Positions 56,652 to 64,000 of a stretch of DNA of 64,000 nucleotides are shown piece after piece. Positions within the stretch are counted from its first letter, which is position 1; every line of letters begins with the position of its first letter. The notes under the pieces were generated by a model that had not been told where the DNA came from, searched no databases, and was given only the letters and a program-made list of their open reading frames with translations. This stretch comes from Candidatus Doudnabacteria bacterium (GTDB lineage: Bacteria; Patescibacteriota; Doudnabacteria; UBA920; O2-02-FULL-48-8). Position numbers and translations under genes: made by a program. The stretch is taken from contig JBBCGO010000001.1 of the NCBI GenBank assembly GCA_037200925.1, positions 246,366-310,365 of the forward strand. Reading direction: 5' to 3'.

Positions 56652-57716
56652 TCACTGGCCCGGGCCAAGGCCCAGATAAATTACATTGTTCGTTTGGGGA
56701 TTGATCAAAATAGACCTGACTCCTGCGGCGGTGGGCAAGATCTTAGTTTCCCAGGTCACCCCGCCGTTGCTGCTTTTGAAGATCGTTGAAGATACTGCGG
56801 CAAACAGGCTGTTGGAATTATTCGGGTCCACTGCCACGGCTGATGCGCGAAGCGAAGCGTTTTTGACGGGGAAGCTTAAGAAAGCCCAGGAATTCCCGTC
56901 ATCTACGCTCCGGAACAGCCCCTGCTCTGTCCCTAAATATAACACCCCGGTCTGCCTGCGATCCAGAGCCAGATCGTAGAAAACCGTGACTGAAGTGGGC
57001 GCTTGGTTGGCGCTGCTGAAAGAGCTGCCGGAAAGTGAACCTGAGATCAGGTCCCAGCCAACTCCCAAATCAGAGCTTCTGAAAATTCCCTTATGCACCG
57101 TCAAAGCATATGCGGACCCGGAAGGCCCGAATTTTATGCGGATGATCCGATCGGCAAGATCTTTGCTTGATTGCCAGGTGTGTCCTCCGTCAAACGAGCG
57201 GATGATCTCGCCTGTGGCAAGGCCGGCCAGTACAATAGACGAATTGCCCGGCGATACTGCGACAGCCGACACTGTGTTATTTTTTGACGGTTCGGTATAA
57301 ACATCCACCCAGGAAGTGCCGCCATCCAGGCTTTTGATGATCTTGCCGTTTTGGCCCACGATGCCGGCAGCATAAATGACATTCGGCTGATACAGGTCGA
57401 TCCCGATGTCCGCAACTGATATGTTGGACAAAATATAACGCCAGGTTTTCGCCCCGTCAGTGGATTTATATATTCCTCCGGAAGCCGCCATATATAGCGT
57501 ATCAGGAGTGCTCGGGTCAAAAGCCAATGAGTTGGCGGTAACGGTGCTGATGTCCCCTTTGTTCGCCAGCTTTTCCGCAGGCTTGAAAGTTTCGCCGTTG
57601 TCTTCAGATTTCAAAACGCCGCGCACTCCTCCGCCGCCCAGATCAATAAGACCGCCGAGATCGCAGCTGGCCGCAGTCAAAGATAAGCCTAAAAGCAAAA
57701 TAATTATTTTCTTCAT
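56652..57716 (-). CDS. BNR/Asp-box beta-propeller lipoprotein (YCF48-like)
   Basis: Lipobox-like TAASC; seven S.DGG.TW repeats. Confidence 0.85.
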   Translation of the reverse strand: MKKIIILLLGLSLTAASCDLGGLIDLGGGGVRGVLKSEDNGETFKPAEKLANKGDISTVTANSLAFDPSTPDTLYMAASGGIYKSTDGAKTWRYILSNISVADIGIDLYQPNVIYAAGIVGQNGKIIKSLDGGTSWVDVYTEPSKNNTVSAVAVSPGNSSIVLAGLATGEIIRSFDGGHTWQSSKDLADRIIRIKFGPSGSAYALTVHKGIFRSSDLGVGWDLISGSLSGSSFSSANQAPTSVTVFYDLALDRRQTGVLYLGTEQGLFRSVDDGNSWAFLSFPVKNASLRASAVAVDPNNSNSLFAAVSSTIFKSSNGGVTWETKILPTAAGVRSILINPQTNNVIYLGLGPGQ

Positions 57717-58510
57717 GAACTGAGCATTAAATTGGTCAGCAAAAGTTTGGCATTCGCATTCTGATCCAAAAACCGCCGCGCATCAGCCACCTGTGAGATT
57801 TTATTCGCCAATTGCTTTTCGGCATTGGTTTGCAGAAGAGCCTGCAACTTTACTATCCAAACCTCCAGCAAGGCTTTGATCTGGACCGTTTCCAAGTCTG
57901 CTATTTCGTATGCCGCGATGAGCTTGTCGGGCAGATCAGAAGCCATAAAAGTTTGATAGTAACTTTCGCTGGTTTCCAAGGTTTCCAAAAAATCCTTGTC
58001 ATTCGCGATTCTTAGCGCCAGCCCCGGCTTGCCTCCGAACTTTGCAAATTCAATACCGGCGACCAGGCCAAAATTAATTTTCTGCGTGCGGGAAATTATA
58101 GTTTTGGGCAAACGATTTGGATTGGCGGTAACCAGAATAATTATCGTGTTATGCTTTGCTTCCTCCAAGGTTTTAAGCAAAGCATTCGCCGCTTCCGTGT
58201 TCAGATTTTCCGCCTGGTCTATGACCGCGATTTTGTATTTGGCCTGATAAGGCTTGAGAGAAAGTTTATAAACCAGTTCGCGGATCTGTTCAATTTTGAT
58301 ACCCGCCTCGCCGTTGATCTCCAAAAGGTCCGGGTGAAATTCTCTCTCACCTTCCAGCAAAGCATACGCCAACTTCAGCGCAATAGTTTTTTTGCCGACA
58401 GAATCCGGCCCGGCAAAAGTGTAGGCATGCGCCAGCCTGCCTTTTTTCACAGCATTCTCAAGAAACTCAATTTGTCTTTTGTGTCCGGCAATTTGCCAAT
58501 CTATGTCCAT
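57713..58510 (-). CDS. holB: DNA polymerase III subunit delta-prime
   Basis: HAY.F.GP..VGK, HPD, AANALLKTLEE, TIISR. Confidence 0.88.
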   Translation of the reverse strand: MDIDWQIAGHKRQIEFLENAVKKGRLAHAYTFAGPDSVGKKTIALKLAYALLEGEREFHPDLLEINGEAGIKIEQIRELVYKLSLKPYQAKYKIAVIDQAENLNTEAANALLKTLEEAKHNTIIILVTANPNRLPKTIISRTQKINFGLVAGIEFAKFGGKPGLALRIANDKDFLETLETSESYYQTFMASDLPDKLIAAYEIADLETVQIKALLEVWIVKLQALLQTNAEKQLANKISQVADARRFLDQNANAKLLLTNLMLSS

Positions 58511-58824
58511 AAAGCCAGTAAATTATAACATTTTTGATAATTTAAGCCAAATAAAAAATCAGTAGACCTTTTTAATCGATCCTGCGAACGATATCGCGAA
58601 GTTTCGATTACAGTCCACTGATTTTTATTTTGTACAAATTGTTTCTCGCGCAGAGATAGGCTTAACCTCAAGTATCTTAAGTTAACCTAATTATTGAGTC
58701 AAAAAATTAAAAAAACTATATAATTGCTTGTGTTTTCGATCACTGCGTGGACAACATGTGGGTAGCTTTGGGAGAAACTGTTATTGTTCGTTAGACTCCT
58801 CGCTGCGCTCGAAGAATACAGATA

Positions 58825-59062
58825 TTTAAAAACCACCTTACGGTGATTTTTAATGAACCGGTGTGCTGCTGCTTCCGCTAACTTTGCCCTTACGGACTCC
58901 ACTAGCCTGGGAACTGGTCCAAGAGGTTGCCCTTGCTTGTTCTTAACCGGCGCCGTTTCTTGCGCCAGCGTACCAATTCGGATTCAACAGTGCCTGATCC
59001 TTCGAACAGCTTTTTTAGTGCCGTCCTGATTCGAAAAGATTACTCCTTCCGAATTCCATGGT
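58825..59062 (-). ncRNA. Candidate structured ncRNA (~235 nt), family unassigned
   Basis: TTGACG-17-TATAAT at 59097-59069, multiple helices, terminator at 58826-58852, no credible ORF. Confidence 0.55.
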
Positions 59063-59150
59063 GAAACTATTATAGAAACCTGAGTTTATGCCGTCAAGAA
59101 AAAATAAAATATTCAAAAAATCTAAGGAATACTCAAAATTTTTTCCGAGT

Positions 59151-59192
59151 TGTGCATAAACTGTGTTTAACCTTTGGATATTTTGTGGTTAA
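59151..59192. promoter_or_regulatory. Array of four degenerate DnaA-box-like 9-mers at 11-bp period
   Basis: TGTGCATAA, TGTGTTTAA, TTTGGATAT, TGTGGTTAA. Confidence 0.5.
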
Positions 59193-59562
59193 AAAAACCG
59201 CAAATCAGGCGATTTGCGGGGCAGCGGCAAAGGACCGACTGCTGGGAAATGATTCCTCCGGATAATTCCAGCAACAGCAGAGAATTGAGTGACCGCTTCC
59301 CTTAAAGCGATTGAATCTCAATCCTTCTGCTTTGCCGGGCCGCTCCAAGGCAGACATTCGCTGGGGGTATGGAACGGCAAGAACGAGGAGTTGGCATAGT
59401 GCGCGCGCTTAGGATACCCAAGGCCGCAGGCCAAATGCGCGATCTTCTTTCACAGCCGGCGCATGGCGACGCCTGGCTGGCGATCAACACAACCTCTGCC
59501 TTCTCCTCGCGAGGCCGAAACTGCCGGCCTCTCACTCAAACTCAAACTTAAAACAACTGGTA
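59191..59562 (-). ncRNA. Candidate structured ncRNA (~370 nt), family unassigned
   Basis: TTGACA-17-TACATT at 59597-59569, nested helices, terminator CCGCAAATC-GCCT-GATTTGCGG-T7. Confidence 0.4.
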
Positions 59563-59612
59563 GCTACAAATGTAGTTCCAGTTGAGTATTTTGTCAACAG
59601 GTGGCACAGTCT

Positions 59613-61334
59613 CTACCAGCCGCCTCCTCCGCCTCCGCCTCCGCCGCCTCCAACACCGCCCCCGCTAAACCCGCTGCCTCCGGAGGCGGCAGTACTAAAG
59701 CTTGCCGCCGAAACGCTGCCAAAATTCCCCAGATCATGGGTAAATGCAATGGCGGAAAATTGCGGCCCCCAAACTCCGCCATACCAGGTTGGCGGCTGTT
59801 TATAGATATTCTCAAATTGCGCAGCCCATTCTTTTTCAACTTTTAACACTATCGCATACGGCAGCAGTTTTTCAAAAACTGCAGGCGTTTTTTCCGGGGC
59901 ATTATGGAATCTGATCCGGTCCGCCTCGGCAACCGACAGATATTCTTGCAAGCCTTTAATTTGATCCCGGACCAAAACTCCTTTTTCCGTCCGCCGCGGC
60001 ATTATGTATCCGAAAGCAATTATTAACAACCCTGTCAGGATCAGACTGAAAACCGAGGCAAAATTCGGCGGCAAGCCCACGTTGCCCAGGTAAGGCGCGC
60101 TAACAATCGAAAAGACGATCACTGCCAGGCCCACCGAGATAAAAAGGCTTTTGATGACAGTCGGGTTGCTGCTAAAATAGCCTTTGTTCACGGTGTTTTT
60201 ATAAACATCCATCATTATTTGACTGGCTTTGGAAGAAAAGCTGCCTTTCAGATCGGATGTCTTGACGCTCTGTTTGCCGTCAAATAATCCGGTCAAAAGT
60301 TGTTGGTCAAAACTATTTTCCAGATCATCGAAAGGTTTGAGCAGATCCAATTGGTAATCATAAGAGGCAAAAAGAGATGCTGCAAAGGAGTGTTCCTCGA
60401 TGCGGGTGATCTTTAAATAACCTTGGACCGCCAGCTGGATAATTTCCGCCGTTAAATCACGGTTATCAACTTTTCCGTCAATGATTGCCCCGACCTCGAT
60501 TGGACTGAGGTTGTCAGGCGGTCCGTATTCGGCAATTATAACCTCCCGGTCTTTGGGGTCCCTGCCTTTTTTGTTCCAATAGTAAAGCAAAAAGATGAAT
60601 GCCAAAAGCGGAATTACAAAACCCCAATTGTCAGTCAAAAAATCTTTTATTTTCGAAAGTGTCCCGGGAGGAGTGACTATTCCTTTGGGCCAGCCGACCA
60701 CGATCGTCATGCCTTGGCCCGGCTGCAAAGGTTGCGTGTATGTAAAATTGATAATTTCTCCGGCTTTTTCAGAATTGCAAAGAGTACTGCTGCCCATAGC
60801 GCCGATAAAACAAGTGGCCTGTATATCCTGCTCTTTGATCCCGGACGGCAATTCCACAGTTGCCGATGTTTGGCCGATCGGCACTTTCCAGTCTGTGCCC
60901 AGCGTATTCCAGTACAGTTCGTCGTGATCGGAAAAGAAATTTATGGCCCGTTTTACGTCATAAGTAATAATATAAGTATGCGCTCCGGCTATTGTGACAT
61001 TAGGATCCCCGATCTTAATTTCCATATTGTCGCCGATGCCGGAAACTGAAAACGGCTGGGGAACGCCTTGGTCATCAGATACTTTTATATTGGACAATCT
61101 TAAATTAAACGCGGACAAGCCGGTATTATACTTTACCGGAATATCCCGATATATGCCGTGGTGCGCCACATTGCCAAAATCATAGCGGATGGTTTCCTTT
61201 ACGTTGATGGTGCTGTCAGTATTGACTTTGATATGAACATCAATGTTCGTAGCTGATTCAGCGCTGCCCGAAAGCTGCGCCTGAACCAGAAGCGGCATAA
61301 ATAGCAAAATAAAGATTGCGGCAAACTTCTTCAT
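59613..61334 (-). CDS. DUF2207 membrane protein
   Basis: HGIYRDIP, DELYWN..G..W, FEKLLPYA, Gly-rich GGGGW C-terminus; start set at MKKF. Confidence 0.9.
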   Translation of the reverse strand: MKKFAAIFILLFMPLLVQAQLSGSAESATNIDVHIKVNTDSTINVKETIRYDFGNVAHHGIYRDIPVKYNTGLSAFNLRLSNIKVSDDQGVPQPFSVSGIGDNMEIKIGDPNVTIAGAHTYIITYDVKRAINFFSDHDELYWNTLGTDWKVPIGQTSATVELPSGIKEQDIQATCFIGAMGSSTLCNSEKAGEIINFTYTQPLQPGQGMTIVVGWPKGIVTPPGTLSKIKDFLTDNWGFVIPLLAFIFLLYYWNKKGRDPKDREVIIAEYGPPDNLSPIEVGAIIDGKVDNRDLTAEIIQLAVQGYLKITRIEEHSFAASLFASYDYQLDLLKPFDDLENSFDQQLLTGLFDGKQSVKTSDLKGSFSSKASQIMMDVYKNTVNKGYFSSNPTVIKSLFISVGLAVIVFSIVSAPYLGNVGLPPNFASVFSLILTGLLIIAFGYIMPRRTEKGVLVRDQIKGLQEYLSVAEADRIRFHNAPEKTPAVFEKLLPYAIVLKVEKEWAAQFENIYKQPPTWYGGVWGPQFSAIAFTHDLGNFGSVSAASFSTAASGGSGFSGGGVGGGGGGGGGGGW

Positions 61335-61335
61335 G

Positions 61336-62343
61336 TTATTTACTGGCCAAAATGCTCTTTTTATAGCTTTCCAAATTGTCCAGCGCAATACCTGTGCCTT
61401 TGACCACGCACAATATGGCGTCTTCAGCCACATACGCCGGCACGCCGGTCGCCTGGCCGATAAGCTTGTCTATATTTTTCAGCAAAGCCGTGCCGCCGGT
61501 TAGGATCATGCCTTTGTCAATAATATCCGCAGCCAGTTCCGGCGGCGTTTCCTGCAGCACTGACCGGATGGCTTTGATGATCTCGCGCAGTTCTTCCTGG
61601 ATCGCTTCTACCACTTCATTGGTTGAAACTTGGATGGTTTTGGGCAGGCCCTGGACCATATCGCGCCCGCGGATCTCAATGACGGTCTCTTTTTCTACCG
61701 GCAAAGCTGAGCCGATCTTGATCTTGATTTCTTCAGCTGTCCTGTCTCCCACTGCCAAACCGTGTTTTTTCTTTATGTAATCCGCAATGGCCTGGTCCAT
61801 CTTATTGCCCGCCACCCGCACCGAAGTTTGCGTCACGATCCCACCCAAGGACAGGATCGCCACGTCAGTGGTGCCGCCGCCCATATCAATGACCATGTTG
61901 CCCGCAGCCGCGGCAATATCAATTCCCGCCCCGATGGCCGCGGCGACAGTTTCTTTGATCACGTACGCGGCTTTGGCTCCCGCTGCTTGCGCCGCATCTA
62001 TCACCGCCCGCCTCTCCGTGGAAGTGATCCCGCCAGGCACCGAGATCATGACCTCAGGCCGGAAAAACCGGATATTGCCAGTGGTTTTATTGATAAAATA
62101 CCGAAGCATGGCCTCGGTCACGCGGTAATCAGCGATCACTCCGTCCTTCATCGGCCGGTGAGCCACGATCGTATCCGGGGTCCGGCCCAGCATTTCTTTC
62201 GCTTCCGCACCCACAGCCAGGATCCGGTTGTCGATTATTGATATCGCGACCACTGTCGGCTCGTTGAAAACTATGCCTTTCTTCGGCACGAAAACCAAAG
62301 TGTTGGCCGTGCCCAGGTCAATCCCTATCTTTTGTAAAAACAT
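61336..62343 (-). CDS. mreB: Second MreB-family actin (Mbl-like)
   Basis: GIDLGTANT, DMGGGTT, ETPPELAADI. Confidence 0.92.
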   Translation of the reverse strand: MFLQKIGIDLGTANTLVFVPKKGIVFNEPTVVAISIIDNRILAVGAEAKEMLGRTPDTIVAHRPMKDGVIADYRVTEAMLRYFINKTTGNIRFFRPEVMISVPGGITSTERRAVIDAAQAAGAKAAYVIKETVAAAIGAGIDIAAAAGNMVIDMGGGTTDVAILSLGGIVTQTSVRVAGNKMDQAIADYIKKKHGLAVGDRTAEEIKIKIGSALPVEKETVIEIRGRDMVQGLPKTIQVSTNEVVEAIQEELREIIKAIRSVLQETPPELAADIIDKGMILTGGTALLKNIDKLIGQATGVPAYVAEDAILCVVKGTGIALDNLESYKKSILASK

Positions 62344-62345
62344 GA

Positions 62346-63599
62346 TTAGTCTGTCCTTTTAATGTCTGCGCCGATCGCGCCTAGTCTTTCTTCTAATTTC
62401 TCATATCCGCGGTCAATATGCTCAACGCCGTCTATTTCTGATTCTCCATTTGCAACAAGTGCTGCGATGACCAGAGTGATGCCCATGCGCAGGTCGTAGC
62501 TAGTTATCTTAGCATTATGTAAAGGGGTCGGGCCAGTAATTTTTACGCGATGCGGATCCAGGATCTCGGCCTGGGCCCCCATTTTCTTCAACTGGTCAAT
62601 GTACCCGAGCCGATTTTCATAAAGCCATTCGTAAACCAAAGATTCGCCTGTTGCCTGCGTCGCCAGCACGGCCAGAGCCGGCACATCATCTGAGGCTAGT
62701 TTCGGGTAAAGCCCGCATTGGATCTTTGATGCGGCATAATCCTGCTTGGGCGGCGAAACGTGCACGAAATCGGATCCAGCATCAAAATTAACTTTCATTT
62801 TTGCAAGCTGCATCAAAAAATCATCTAGATACTCCGGGTTTAACCCTGTTACTTTCAAATCAGCCTTGGTGGCAGCCCCTAAGGCAATAAAACTTGCCGC
62901 TTCATTGGAATCGGGGATCAATTCAATTTCTGCACCGTGCAAATTTTTTACACCATCAATAATAATTGTCGTAGTGCCGATGCCGGAAATTTTGGCTCCC
63001 ATTTTATTTAAAAATTCGCACAGCTGCTGTACGTGCGGCTCCATAGCCGCAAGCTTGATGGTCGTTTGGCCTTGTGCCAAAACACTTGCCAGAATAGCAT
63101 TTTCAGTGGCAGTGACGGAAGACTCAGGCAATACAATTTTCGCGCCTTTAAGCTTTGCGGCTGAAATTTCAATTTCTCCATTAGAGGAAACATTCGCGCC
63201 CAAAGCTTCAAATGACGCCACGTGGGCATCGATCGGCCGTTTGCCGATCAGGTCGCCTCCGGGAAAGCTCATTTTAGCTTTTTTTGTGCGGCCCAGAAGC
63301 GCGCCCAACAGAACAATTGAACCGCGCAGTTTGCCGGTCAATTCGGGATTTAATTCAGATTTGTTTAAATTTGCAGCATTGACCGATAAAGCATGATCAG
63401 AAACCTGCACCTCAACTCCCAAGTCTGTGATGAGATCAACCATAACCTGCTTATCCTTGATTTCAGGCACATTGGTAAACCTGCAGGGCTCAATTGTCAG
63501 CAAGCTTGCGGCAAACAACGGAAACAAAGCGTTTTTAGATCCTGAAACGCGCATTTCCCCCTTCAACTTTTTTCCGCCGTTGATAATAAACTTGGACAT
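62346..63599 (-). CDS. murA: UDP-N-acetylglucosamine 1-carboxyvinyltransferase
   Basis: SGSKNA, PGGD.IG.RP.D.H, SVTATEN, DLRMG, IDRGYE. Confidence 0.95.
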   Translation of the reverse strand: MSKFIINGGKKLKGEMRVSGSKNALFPLFAASLLTIEPCRFTNVPEIKDKQVMVDLITDLGVEVQVSDHALSVNAANLNKSELNPELTGKLRGSIVLLGALLGRTKKAKMSFPGGDLIGKRPIDAHVASFEALGANVSSNGEIEISAAKLKGAKIVLPESSVTATENAILASVLAQGQTTIKLAAMEPHVQQLCEFLNKMGAKISGIGTTTIIIDGVKNLHGAEIELIPDSNEAASFIALGAATKADLKVTGLNPEYLDDFLMQLAKMKVNFDAGSDFVHVSPPKQDYAASKIQCGLYPKLASDDVPALAVLATQATGESLVYEWLYENRLGYIDQLKKMGAQAEILDPHRVKITGPTPLHNAKITSYDLRMGITLVIAALVANGESEIDGVEHIDRGYEKLEERLGAIGADIKRTD

Positions 63600-63602
63600 A
63601 TT

Positions 63603-63998
63603 TTAAAATCCGATGAACTCCGGTTCAGGTGCTAATTCTATTCCGGTTTTCGCCAAAACTTCTGCTTTGACCAGTTCAAACAATTTCATCACATCCGCGG
63701 CTTTAGCTTGGCCCAGGTTAACTATAACCAATGGCTGGCGTTCCCACAACCTGGCATCGCCTGCGCTGCGGCCTTTCAGTCCGCAAATGTCTATCAGAAA
63801 CGCTGCCGGGACTTTGATCCCATCTGCCTGGGGAAATTTGTTCACTGCCGTGATCAATTTATCTGCTGTTTCGCTGCCGAAATTCTCCTTGATGCGTTCC
63901 AGCGTGGTATCAAATTGCTCTTTGTTTAAAATAATGTTTTTAAAAAATGAACCGGCCGTGCCGACTGCCGCAAGGTCCGGAAACTTACTTTTACGGAT
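63603..63998 (-). CDS. murB: UDP-N-acetylenolpyruvoylglucosamine reductase, 3' part (runs off the window)
   Basis: GTAGSFFKN, AAFLID.CGLKG, LV.VNLG, L.PEP. Confidence 0.88.
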   Translation of the reverse strand: MRKSKFPDLAAVGTAGSFFKNIILNKEQFDTTLERIKENFGSETADKLITAVNKFPQADGIKVPAAFLIDICGLKGRSAGDARLWERQPLVIVNLGQAKAADVMKLFELVKAEVLAKTGIELAPEPEFIGF

Positions 63999-64000
63999 CT

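Noticed and set aside
58555-58626. 70-bp bulged hairpin as an attC site
   Set aside because: Lacks RYYYAAC/GTTRRRY ends; flanking A- and T-runs fit a bidirectional terminator.
58860-58920. SRP RNA (ffs), tmRNA or RNase P assignment
   Set aside because: The compact CAGG-TCC-GNRA-GGA-AGCAG helix 8 is not intact; no tRNA-like ends and no GAGGAAAGTCC.
59302-59551. Short ORFs on both strands (77 aa and 60 aa)
   Set aside because: No recognisable motifs, and they lie in a highly self-complementary region; not fully excluded.
58511-59612. Replication origin
   Set aside because: The boxes are degenerate, dnaA/dnaN are absent, and gene orientation does not switch across the region.
59616-59690. CCGCCT tandem repeat
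   Set aside because: Encodes the usual poly-Gly tail of DUF2207 proteins.
61336-62343. Second mreB as a novelty
   Set aside because: Multiple MreB paralogues, including one near murA, are common.

Overview
Bacterial chromosome segment. Gene content and style most resemble a Patescibacteria/CPR genome (inference from archaeal-type pyrH and proS, housekeeping genes lacking Shine-Dalgarno motifs, and many small orphan genes). Housekeeping blocks lie almost entirely on the minus strand. The left block is pyrH, ftsQ, ddl, alr, serS, a HAM1 pyrophosphatase and lysS. The right block is greA, mrdA-mreD-mreC-mreB, proS, rseP, frr, holB, a second mreB, murA and a partial murB. Between them is an accessory region of roughly 9-44 kb with secreted proteins (lipase, PA14/Fn3, Ig/Fn3 repeats, DUF3494 ice-binding) and an AT-rich defence island at about 24.8-33 kb. 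Top leads: (1) an 1850-aa alpha-2-macroglobulin-like protein that lacks the thioester Cys and carries a 130-aa Hint domain in its bait region, bounded by an exact 15-bp direct repeat; (2) a C5-methyltransferase coupled to a GHKL/MORC ATPase-TIR fusion that is split by a frameshift in an A8 tract; (3) two promoter- and terminator-bounded structured non-coding units upstream of holB; (4) several palindromic repeat families, including a 118-bp inverted pair around a 12.4-kb block and a two-copy three-way-junction motif. No rRNA, tRNA, CRISPR array, integrase or transposase was recognised. All family assignments come from motif recognition by eye, not database searches.
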